DNA of 63,962 bases, filler included, from Octopus bimaculoides (taxonomy: Eukaryota), in assembly GCF_001194135.2 (NCBI RefSeq). It is 5 parts of 5 records of this genome, joined end to end, with 100 filler letters (N's around TTAATTAATTAA, not from the genome) between each part and the next. Parts side by side here need not be neighbours in the genome. Positions count along the whole stretch, not along the records: positions 23,484 to 42,076 come from NC_068987.1; 4 more parts are not named here. The stretch is one strand, 5' to 3'. The translations under genes were made by a program, and so were the position numbers. This document shows positions 23,886 through 34,605 of this stretch, piece after piece. How positions within the stretch are numbered: position 1 is the stretch's first letter; each line of letters begins with the position of its first letter. The notes beneath the pieces are model-generated. The model saw only the letters and a program-made list of their open reading frames with translations, made no database searches and was not told where the DNA came from.

Positions 23886-24117
23886 AAATAAAATAAGATA
23901 ACAAGGCCAAGGCAATTTGATATTCCTAAGACATTTATAAATAGGAATGTAGTCTTACAGCTGTTTCAGGGAAATAAATGATATCATTTATCTTACAGCT
24001 GTTTCAGGGAAATAAATGATATCATTTACTTCTCTTAAACAGCTGTAAAACCACATTCCTATTTATAAATGTCCTAGGAATATCAAATTGCCTTGGCCCT
24101 GCTATCTTATTTCATTT
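23886..24117. repeat. 81-bp inverted repeat (75/81 identity) of Penelope-type tail with an internal 38-bp tandem duplication
   Basis: Arms 23886-23966 and 24037-24117; TCTTACAGCTGTTTCAGGGAAATAAATGATATCATTTA occurs twice. Confidence 0.9.
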
Positions 24118-24749
24118 AACAAATACAAGCTCACACATGACTTGCCTTAGACTCCTCGTTCATACTATGACTAAACCAGGAGTTTAACAGTGATCCTTCC
24201 GTNNNNNNNNNNNNNNNNNNNNNNNNNNNNNNNNNNNNNNNNNNNNNNNNNNNNNNNNNNNNNNNNNNNNNNNNNNNNNNNNNNNNNNNNNNNNNNNNNN
24301 NNNNNNNNNNNNNNNNNNNNNNNNNNNNNNNNNNNNNNNNNNNNNNNNNNNNNNNNNNNNNNNNNNNNNNNNNNNNNNNNNNNNNNNNNNNNNNNNNNNN
24401 NNNNNNNNNNNNNNNNNNNNNNNNNNNNNNNNNNNNNNNNNNNNNNNNNNNNNNNNNNNNNNNNNNNNNNNNNNNNNNNNNNNNNNNNNNNNNNNNNNNN
24501 NNNNNNNNNNNNNNNNNNNNNNNNNNNNNNNNNNNNNNNNNNNNNNNNNNNNNNNNNNNNNNNNNNNNNNNNNNNNNNNNNNNNNNNNNNNNNNNNNNNN
24601 NNNNNNNNNNNNNNNNNNNNNNNNNNNNNNNNNNNNNNNNNNNNNNNNNNNNNNNNNNNNNNNNNNNNNNNNNNNNNNNNNNNNNNNNNNNNNNNNNNNN
24701 NNNNNNNATCTTCACTCTTGCAAATTTCTCTTTGACAGGTAGCTTGGAA

Positions 24750-25640
24750 AATGAAATTTAATCAAAATACACATCACTATTTCGGATTCACTTCTTGTCA
24801 CTCAACACATACAAAGCATATCCCATATTTTCAAGCTCGCAAAATATGTACTGCATTTGAAAACGAAGAAACTAAAAACGAACGCTCGAAAAAGTTGCCG
24901 AGATTCTTAATCCCCCAGAGGTGAACCGCTCCCTCTAATAGAGTAAGGAATTGAAATGCCAGATAAATGCAGATGCAACAGCTCCGTCAACACACACACA
25001 CACAAGAAAGGAAAACATTTGAAAAAGATATGATACATTTTCTTATAACCCATAACTTAGAATATGAAGATATGTTTTATGTAACAAGAGCAAATCTACC
25101 AATCCCTGCACAGATTCCACAACTACAACAGCTAAACAACACGAAAGCCATAATTCAAAGCAAGACAGAGGAAAAAGTTAAAACGGTTATTGACCCGGGC
25201 GAAATTTGACTAAGATGAGAGTAGAAAATGATTTAAACTATACGTAATGACAGTAGGTGCAGCTCTTATCAGTATTAATATTCATACCGGTAGTGAATTA
25301 GAGACAAAATTCAGTACCACCATATATCGAAAGGCATCAGGTAAGCAACACCATCATACTATCAGGAAGAAGAGTTTACTGTTACGTTTTATATTGAAAG
25401 CTACCAACTTTCAATTTGAAAGACTTACAGTCGATGAATAATGTAACTGATATGAATTGTTAACTAAAAAATCTAATATATGCCATTGAATGCAACGATT
25501 GCAAAAATATTTTAAAGGACAAATCAGAAGGAGTGTGGATGCATAGGAAACATATAAGACAACAATATATAACGATTCCATTAAGCGAACATGTGGACGA
25601 CAACAGTGGAGGAACCTTTAAGGATATTTCCTTTTTTACT
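24750..25640 (+). mobile_element. Penelope-like element remnant (RT thumb + GIY-YIG endonuclease region), pseudogenised
   Basis: FTSCHSTHTKHIPYFQARKICT (RT C-terminal), FLITHN, then TKNLIYAIECNDCKN and IPLSEHVD (GIY-YIG region); multiple frameshifts. Confidence 0.75.
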
Positions 25641-25958
25641 TCTTGTATTCTAAATGAAAGTGAGCATAGTTAAGTTATTCTTTGGCTGTAGCAGACTTTC
25701 AAATTGAAGACTGGACGATTTATAAATTCACCAGTTGATGCAATAAACTGTACGTACTACAAGATATGAACGTACTTGGGAATTAGGAGCATGTGTTTCC
25801 AAAATCCAGTTATATTAGAACTTTTAATGACACACACACACGCACACACACGCACACACACACACACACATAAATGTATATACATATATATATATGCGCA
25901 TGTATATATGATTATATATATGTGTATTTCTATGCATATATCCATATTTATTCATACA

Positions 25959-26003
<45 letters not shown>

Positions 26004-26479
26004 NNNNNNNNNNNNNNNNNNNNNNNNNNNNNNNNNNNNNNNNNNNNNNNNNNNNNNNNNNNNNNNNNNNNNNNNNNNNNNNNNNNNNNNNNNNNNNNNN
26101 NNNNNNNNNNNNNNNNNNNNNNNNNNNNNNNNNNNNNNNNNNNNNNNNNNNNNNNNNNNNNNNNNNNNNNNNNNNNNNNNNNNNNNNNNNNNNNNNNNNN
26201 NNNNNNNNNNNNNNNNNNNNNNNNNNNNNNNNNNNNNNNNNNNNNNNNNNNNNNNNNNNNNNNNNNNNNNNNNNNNNNNNNNNNNNNNNNNNNNNNNNNN
26301 NNNNNNNNNNNNNNNNNNNNNNNNNNNNNNNNNNNNNNNNNNNNNNNNNNNNNNNNNNNNNNNNNNNNNNNNNNNNNNNNNNNNNNNNNNNNNNNNNNNN
26401 NNNNNNNNNNNNNNNNNNNNNNNNNNNNNNNNNNNNNNNNNNNNNNNNNNNNNNNNNNNNNNNNNNNNNNNNNNNNNNC

Positions 26480-26700
26480 CATTTTTTCCTGTCTTGGTTT
26501 GTGTTTGCCACCTTGGAATCCTCTGTGTAGTTGGTTGATCCACTACTCAGGAAGAGACTATTCTAGAGTACGTCCTGTCTGGTCTTCGAAACGTCTGGAT
26601 AGAATAGAGACAGCTGATGAAGGGATATTCCAAGGGGCTTTCCGTTTTCCTATGTGTTCGTTCCGTTGTCTGTAGTTTATTGTTCTAACGTCCTGTACCC
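26480..26700 (+). mobile_element. Penelope-type terminal repeat with tandem hammerhead halves
   Basis: GTCTTC-GAAA-CG-TC at 26582-95 and CTGATGAAGGGATATTC at 26614. Confidence 0.45.
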
Positions 26701-27513
26701 TGATATGCATGTATATACACATGTAGATGTAAGTATGTACATATATGTGTGTATACATGTATATATATTCTTTGTATTATATATATATATATATATATAT
26801 ACATACATACATACATATAGACACATACAAAATGAACACAATCAAATTTTTGACAGAGAATTCCGTTTCTAGAGAGTGAAGAATGAACGAAAGAAAACCA
26901 AGTTGATCAAGAAACCACTTGCACTTTACACAGCAAATCTTAATTCATAAAATGAATAACAAGCATTCATTACGAAAGTGCTCAATGAATAAATGAAATA
27001 AATCAGATTATAGCTATGACAGCGTCAGTATAAAAAGTGGAACGGAAATTGAAGATAGTCAAATCTATATTTTGAAGTAGATATATGTATAAAATCTGCA
27101 TGTTTATGTATGCATACTGTGTGCTTAGCAGTGAAGCATTCTTGAATGGAGATAACAGGATTCAAACGCTTTTCTTTGCAAAGATGCTTATCACAAGTAA
27201 AAGCTATTAATATGTGAAGTTTATAATCTTACAATTTATATTTAAATTTAGATATGTTATAGATAAAAACATCTCTTTTATATATTATTCACGTAAAAAA
27301 AAAATACAATATTAACAACGACAATTTTCTTACAGCTTTTTTAAAGGCAACTAACATTTAATGCATATGGCGCTTCAGAGGATTGATAAAACATTCAGTG
27401 GATTGGGATGCTTAAACTATTCATTTTAGTATATACAGTTCAGCCTTGTCATACATTTGCATATATAAAAGCAATCATTCATGCTGTTTACGTTATATGC
27501 GAACCTACACACA

Positions 27514-27567
<54 letters not shown>

Positions 27568-27599
27568 CACACACACACACACATCATANNNNNNNNNNN

Positions 27600-27647
<48 letters not shown>

Positions 27648-27709
27648 CACACACACACACACATCATATGTGCCAGCGGATTGGAATGAAATCATTTGAT
27701 ATATATGAT

Positions 27710-27775
27710 TTCACTTTGGCACAAGGCTAGCAGTTTCGGGAGAGGAGATAAGTCGACTACATCGACCCCCAGTGA
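27710..27775 (-). mobile_element. SINE family A 3' fragment
   Basis: GGCACAAGGCTAGCAGTTTCGGGAG..GTCGACTACATCGACCCC. Confidence 0.7.
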
Positions 27776-28306
27776 TAAAGAAGAACAGAAAGGCTATCTC
27801 CCTAGAACATTCCCTTCGAGACACCTATACTATCTGAAACAATTATTCTGTTCTCAGTTGGAAGGGTGAGGACTGTTGTTCACGTCTTTGTGAGTCTTTC
27901 TATAGCAGCAATTAGGGTGGTGGGTACTTTTGCCAGGTGTAGGCACTTCAACAGCCATGAATGAGCGATAGAGTCGAATGCCTTCTTATAGTCAAGCCAT
28001 ACTTTCACAATGGTTTCTACGTTGTTTTCTTACTTCAGACAGTACAGCTTTGTTTATTAAAAGTTGTTCAGCACGTCCCCACACTCCCTTCTTTCCACCA
28101 GCCTGTCCATCATTTATAATATTGTTTGACTCACAGTGGTCCTGGAGGAATTGGTTGAGGCGACTTGTGTACAGTTTGTACATAATGTTTAGGCCTGCAA
28201 TGGGCCTGTAGTTTCCTGCCATCTCGGTCTGACCTTCCATAGTCCTTCTGAACATACATATCAACTGGTTTCTATAAAATGTCAGCTTCTTGTACCAATA
28301 TCCAAC
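27776..28306 (-). mobile_element. R4/Dong-clade RT fragment (domains 1-4), pseudogenised
   Basis: NYRPIAGLNIMYKLYT, QAGGKKGVWG-AEQLLINK, WLDYKKAFDSI-HSWL, KGMF*GDSLS. Confidence 0.9.
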
Positions 28307-28307
28307 T

Positions 28308-28355
28308 ATGTATGTATGTATGTATGTATGTATGTATGTATGTATGTATGTATGT
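28308..28355. repeat. (TATG)n = (CATA)n microsatellite at the 5' junction of the RT fragment
   Basis: Perfect run. Confidence 0.95.
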
Positions 28356-29075
28356 CTTTTTGCCTTTTCTTAGTTTGACATATCTACAATTGATGTTCAC
28401 TTTTGATTGTCTTGTAGACTACGTTTATAGAAGATATATATTTTAAGAGAAAGTTAAGTCTTCCGCTACTTTTCTGTAATTTATACAAGAGTTTACTATC
28501 ATCTCTTAGAATTTTCTCATTTATAACTCCGTTTCATATTTTTGGAAATTGTGAATATCACGCCTGCGTTGTTGACGTCTTGATAGCCATCATCTATGAC
28601 TAGAATTTGCTTTGGTACATTTTAAGCCAAGAAGAAGAAACAGTGCCAGGCGTTTAAGTTGTTGACATTAAAGTTAAATTTTCTACAGCATTAATTTGTT
28701 TCAAAATTGATATCAGTAAAGGAAATCAGTATGCATGATGGACACTCTGAATGACTGTATTTACAGGCAGAAAGGTTTGTGGTGGGGGATTATAGAAACG
28801 GCGAGATGCGGAGAAACGAGTGAATCAGTGCAGTTGAACAGGAAAACGTTGTAATAATGATAAAAGAGCCAGGGATGCGCTACAACATACCAGTATGCTA
28901 GGAGCCGTAGTAATACTTTACCAGTTAGCTGTGTGGGGAATTTTCGGATACGAATTAGCACCACCGACCTAACATGGGTATGTTGTTCATCATACCATTG
29001 GCTGTGGTTGACTAAATTTCGCCAGCACCGGTGGATGGCACTTCTGTGTCATGTGATTTCACCGTATTGCGGATT

Positions 29076-29130
29076 ATCAGCGGCAGCAAGCCAGCCCAAT
29101 GTCAAATCAGCGGCAGCAAGCCAGCCCAAT
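29076..29130. repeat. 25-nt perfect direct repeat, 30-nt period
   Basis: ATCAGCGGCAGCAAGCCAGCCCAAT at 29076-29100 and 29106-29130. Confidence 0.95.
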
Positions 29131-29369
29131 TTGAAAATCACTCAAACCTACGCAGAATAATACTAGCCAAACAACAGTGATGTCGAGAAAAGCTGACGGA
29201 CTGCATATATATTAGCTATTAGCAACAAATTCAGCCTTTGTAATAAATATTAATTAGCATATCCAACTTAACTTTGCTGTGTTGTTTATAACGCTCCAGA
29301 CTGCGGTGAACGTCCCGGATCTGAAATATTTGTATTCTTAGTTATATACATAGCACTGTACCGCTCGGT

Positions 29370-29565
29370 GTAGAGGCGCAATGGCCCAGTGGTTAGGGCA
29401 GTGGACTCACGGTCATAGGATCGCGATTTCGATTCCCAGACTGGGCGTTGTGAGTGTTTACTGAGCGAAAACACCTAAAGCTCCACGAGGCTCCGGCAGG
29501 GGATGGTGGCGAACCTTGCTGTACTCTTCCACCACAACTTTCTCTCACTCTTTCTTCCTGTTTCT
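29370..29565 (+). mobile_element. SINE family C, 5' half
   Basis: Near-identical to 16567-16765. Confidence 0.9.
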
Positions 29566-29569
29566 GATG

Positions 29570-29853
29570 GGATAAAGAGTAAAGGATCCCTTCGGTCATG
29601 AATGACCATGGGATTGCACCTAGAAATTTCCCCTCTAAGGGACAACGCCGGGCAAGGGTGTTTATGGAAGATCAGCAGTTGCCCATGCATACCAGCCTCC
29701 CCTCTTTGCGCCACTGATGTTATCCAAGGGAAAGGCAAAGGCCGATAGAGCTCGGCACCAGTGATGTTGCAACTCATTTCTACAGCAGAGTGGACAGGAG
29801 CACTCTTCATGATTGAGAGCCCGACGCTCTAACAACTGAGCCGTGCCTTCACT
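29570..29853 (-). mobile_element. SINE family D, internally deleted
   Basis: Head CCCGACGCTCTAACAACTGAGCC on the minus strand; GC-rich body ending GGATCCCTTCGGTCATGAATGACC. Confidence 0.75.
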
Positions 29854-30537
29854 GGTGGGGCAAAGTCATAAAATTTCCATCTTAAAAAAATGCCATATAA
29901 ATAGAGACCACAGCCAAATTATTTGCTAAGAGTGTGCTAAACCTATTTGAAGCTTTGTTTATGCTAACGTTGGTTTATTCGAAATTTTAATGTTGGGGAA
30001 ACTAAAGAGGCATGAAAGAAGAAATTTGTCTTCAGTAGATCTGATTCTGTCAGAACAATCGGAGATTGGTAGAAACTACACAAGTGGACTCTCAGAATAG
30101 AAAGAGATACAAAATGGTGATAAAGTGGACGTTTATGACTGTCTCTGACACTTTTGAAAGTCTGGGAAACAATAACGCTATTTGTGTTGTTGTCAGGAAA
30201 AGAAATGTTTCGCTTTTCGCAGATGGGATATATTGTCACACGCTTTTATAGGTTGGGAATATATATACTTGGAGAAAGAAAAACATTGGGTCGCGTAGCA
30301 AAAATAAATGATTCGAAACACACTGTTTAGAAGAAACACTGCTAGGAATGATCATTTTGGTTGGCTGGTAACGTTTCCTTGTTCAATAACTTCAAAAAGT
30401 GAGGTGTTTAGAGTGAGAAATGGTTGATAAGGAAGGAATTTCTTGTATGTATTTTTGGTACGCTTGACTAACTATTCAGGTGGCAATTTTCATTATAATC
30501 TATATCATATCAATGAGTATTAAGTTAGGCTTTTGGG

Positions 30538-30632
<95 letters not shown>

Positions 30633-30640
30633 CCTACCTA
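30538..30640. repeat. (TATC)n microsatellite
   Basis: Perfect run. Confidence 0.95.
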
Positions 30641-31864
30641 TCAGCCTGTCTGTCTGTTAATCTATCTTTCTGTCTGTTTGTATGTCAGCCTGTTTTGCTA
30701 AGCGAGGGCCGACGGCGTATATCATATCGACAATAGTAATCTCGCTGTTGGTGACTGAGAGGGGTTAGTTTCATGTGTAGTAGAGTTTAGTTTTTTTACT
30801 CAACATACGTGTGTATCCCGTACCTGTACTACGTAGCTACTTCTGTCTCATGATTTCACGAATAACATTCAATTATTTAAACACAGCGAACTTCAGCAAT
30901 TTACTATCTAAATTAGAAAATCCGTAGTTATGTCTCAAGTCTCTATGTTTCTCTCCTAGCCACACACACACACACACACACACACACAAGTAAACAAAAA
31001 CAAACAAAAAACTTAAACTGAAGAAATATCTTGTAGTTTATCAAAAGCTTCTTATTGATCAAGAATTAGTTGACATAATTCTCTTAAATTTTGGACACTT
31101 TTAAAAAATAGACTCGGAACAAAACTTCATTATAGGTTTCAATTTACGTGGAAACAGTCAAACAATGTTCTATCTTATTATTGCAGACATTATTTATATC
31201 AAAAGAAATCAACAGTCACTGCTGTTATGTTTATTTTAAAATCAATGTTAATATATCGAACATATCGGTTTCAAAAGCAGTGAACATGTTTGATTATTCT
31301 CTATCTTATGTCTACTGGAGACACTAAATTAAGAATGAATACAAAGACAGGAATATACATGTGATTTTCATACAAGATCAATGACGATTAAACATTAAAA
31401 CGAAGGGTAAGCTTATATGTCCATTTCTATCTCTGTCTGAATATATTTGTTTAAAAAGATCTATATTGCTGTCGCCTCATTTTTATTAGAGATATCAGAC
31501 CAAGACGAATGAAAGTGCGACCAAACGGATACAAAAATACAAGCATAAAACTACGTTCCTCATGATAGCTTTTTTTTATTTTAAATATTGATTTCTCGTA
31601 ATTATTAGAAGGCGACAATGTTTTAGGAGAGATACAGGTTTGTTTGAGACGAATTTCACAGTATATATTACTGGTATTTATTTTATAGAGGTTTATAAGA
31701 TGGGAGGTGAACTCGACCTCAGCAGGATCTGAACTTATAAGAATGGCAGACGAAAATCAATAAGATCTGGCAATAAGATCTGGCATTGAAACCGATGTTT
31801 TTGTCACTTAAGCACCACTTTTAAAAAATAAGATTTTGCACCTCTCCATACACACATATCACTT

Positions 31865-31968
31865 AACGGTCACTTACTTGGCCATGTAATATTATTACTC
31901 CCTTTATAACTCTATGTAAACAAGCGTTCTTACTTCCAACGGTCACTTACTTGGCCATGTAATATTAT
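31865..31968. repeat. Two perfect 31-bp direct repeats with a 42-nt spacer
   Basis: AACGGTCACTTACTTGGCCATGTAATATTAT at 31865-31895 and 31938-31968. Confidence 0.95.
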
Positions 31969-32015
31969 AGCTCGTAAGTTACCTCATCATTTCGCATTTG
32001 TCTTGCTTTTATATG

Positions 32016-32108
32016 TTGATTCCCTGATGATGAATATATGTGGAATTCCAGCAGGTCTTACTTCTTTGGAGGAGAGCACACATATTTTGAAACATGTGTA
32101 GGAATTAA
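32016..32108 (+). ncRNA. Type I hammerhead ribozyme motif (Penelope/retrozyme-type), nearly intact
   Basis: Stem I TTGATTCC/GGAATTAA (8 bp, one G-U), CTGATGA 32024-30, stem II with ATATGTG/CACATAT, GAAA 32089-92, near-palindromic ACATGTGT, UA cleavage site 32099-100. Confidence 0.75.
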
Positions 32109-33374
32109 AGGAACTTTTATTTATATGCGTTTTGCTCCATATATTGTTATTATTCATATATATATATATATATAAAACTTTGAAACTAAACATTAAAAAT
32201 ATTGGTTTATATGAAAGCTGCAATGGCTCATCAAACTCATAGCTTAATCTCTAAAATTAAACATTATTAAATTGGAGATGACTTGTATATAAGCAAGTTA
32301 ACGAAAAGCTGGAGTATGCCGTTTATACGTAATACAGGCATGAACTTTGGTGAAACGTATTGGGGCTTGTCTTCAATACTTGTCTGTGAAAATAATATCA
32401 GTCATCAATTGATATATTATCTTTACAGCCTGTCTGAATATACTTTAAAATTTCATAAAAATAAAAGCTCGTGTTTTTATACGTGGACGCTATCAATAAA
32501 ATGTATGTATTTGCGTGTCTATGTTTGTACTTACATCCATAAACCTGATTAATAAATCCGAATTTCTCTGAGTCTCTAATTAAACCAAATTCACCGAAAA
32601 TGTTTGCCTCTGTTTTCTCTGTCTGATATATTATCGATTAATTTTGCAACCACTGCAGTACAATAGTACTAATCAGCTATACATATGTATAGTTAGGATT
32701 TATTATACATGCATACATACATACATACATACATACATACATACATGCATATGTAAATATGTATGTGCGTGTGGCTAATGCGTGCCAGCATAACTGTGTA
32801 GTGAGAAGTATTTTTCACACACACNNNNNNNNNNNNNNNNNNNNNNNNNNNNNNNNNNNNNNNNNNNNNNNNNNNNNNNNNNNNNNNNNNNNNNNNNNNN
32901 NNNNNNNNNNNNNNNNNNNNNNNNNNNNNNNNNNNNNNNNNNNNNNNNNNNNNNNNNNNNNNNNNNNNNNNNNNNNNNNNNNNNNNNNNNNNNNNNNNNN
33001 NNNNNNNNNNNNNNNNNNNNNNNNNNNNNNNNNNNNNNNNNNNNNNNNNNNNNNNNNNNNNNNNNNNNNNNNNNNNNNNNNNNNNNNNNNNNNNNNNNNN
33101 NNNNNNNNNNNNNNNNNNNNNNNNNNNNNNNNNNNNNNNNNNNNNNNNNNNNNNNNNNNNNNNNNNNNNNNNNNNNNNNNNNNNNNNNNNNNNNNNNNNN
33201 NNNNNNNNNNNNNNNNNNNNNNNNNNNNNNNNNNNNNNNNNNNNNNNNNNNNNNNNNNNNNNNNNNNNNNNNNNNNNNNNNNNNNNNNNNNNNNNNNNNN
33301 NNNNNNNNNNNNNNNNNNNNNNNNNNNNNNNNNNNNNNNNNNNNNNNNNNNNNNNNNNNNNNNNNNNNNNNNCA

Positions 33375-33735
33375 TAAAGGTCATGTTCTTTTCGAAATAT
33401 GCTCCAAATGGCGTACGTCGTTCAAAGACTTGTCAATTACTCGAACACATTCCCCTTTGGGGATTTCCCTAATTTCTGCTGGGATTCCTGCCTTCAGTTC
33501 ACCAATCGTTTAAGGGTTGTTCTGCTAAACATTATCCTTGAAATAACCCCACAGATAAAAATCAGCGGCGGGGTGCTGTTCAAGTCTGGTGAATGCAGTA
33601 CCCACTCAACGTCACACTTCCTGTTGATCAGTCTCTCCTGAAATTTCACTCTCAGTCTTATCTACCTGTCTGTCTGTCAAATGTAAATAATGTAAATAAT
33701 GCACATAATTCCTCATCTCTTAAATATAGAACTGA
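33375..33735 (-). mobile_element. Tc1/mariner-superfamily deletion derivative (terminus + transposase C-terminus)
   Basis: Minus translation EWVLHSPDLN..FYLWGYFKDNV*QNNP*TIGELKAGIPAEIREIP; terminal CAGTTCTATATTTAAGAGATGAGGAATTATG resembles a TIR. Confidence 0.8.
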
Positions 33736-34099
33736 AAAAGAATGATTATTTATGATTAACTTATTTAAAAAGTTATGACAGTATGGAAAGAAGATAATTG
33801 AATGGCGACAAAATAAATAAAATTTAAATATATTAATAAATTAATGAATATATGAATCAAAAATTAGCTGCTGAAAAAACGAGCGTAGAATTTAAAGCAG
33901 ATAAGTTCTTAGGAGTGATAAGGTAGTGACCGAGATGCGTAGAAACAACCTTGGGTTTTACGTCTTTTTGTCTTTGTTTTTTGCTTTTTTTAAAAGTAAC
34001 TGTAAATAACTGGAATGAGACCCGAACAGTGGCAGAAAACAGAGCTGAGAGGAGAGGTTATGCTGCAGCTTTATGTGCTTCATGGCACAGTGAAAAATA

Positions 34100-34125
34100 A
34101 CCAGACACAGTATACTGTGTCTGGT
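34100..34125. repeat. Perfect 26-bp palindrome
   Basis: ACCAGACACAGTA|TACTGTGTCTGGT. Confidence 0.95.
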
Positions 34126-34454
34126 ACAAAACAGAAGCTGTGTTAACCTGGGAGCTGGAGTTAAACAGTGAAAACAAAATAAGGGATAAGTACTGTAGTA
34201 TACGTGTCTCTAGTAAAGTATGCAGGTGTTCCATTACCGGGAAAGCAGTTTATTTGGCTCATTGATTCATAGAAATAAATACATCTTTTATCTTTTACTT
34301 ATTTCAGTCATTGGACTACAGCCAGAAGGACGCACACTCATACGCACACACAACATACACATATACATATATATTTATATTAATATATAAATATATTTTT
34401 TATGTGTGTATAGAAAGAAAGAAAGAAAGAAAGAAAGGAAAAGAAGGATAGATA

Positions 34455-34605
34455 CGACGTGATTCCATGCAGTTTCTTACCAATTTCACTCACAAGGCAT
34501 TGGTCAGCCTGAAGTTATAGTAGAAGACACCTGCTCAAGGTACTGCGCGGTGGCACAGAACCCGGGACCACATGGTGACAAAGTGAACTCCTTAACCACA
34601 CAAAC
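34455..34605 (-). mobile_element. SINE family B, 5' half
   Basis: TACCAATTTCACTCACAAGGCATTGGTCAGCC..GGGACCACATGG. Confidence 0.75.

Noticed and set aside
31865-31968. CRISPR-like geometry (31-bp repeats, 42-nt spacer)
   Set aside because: Only two repeats, eukaryotic context, no cas genes or leader; kept as a plain direct repeat.
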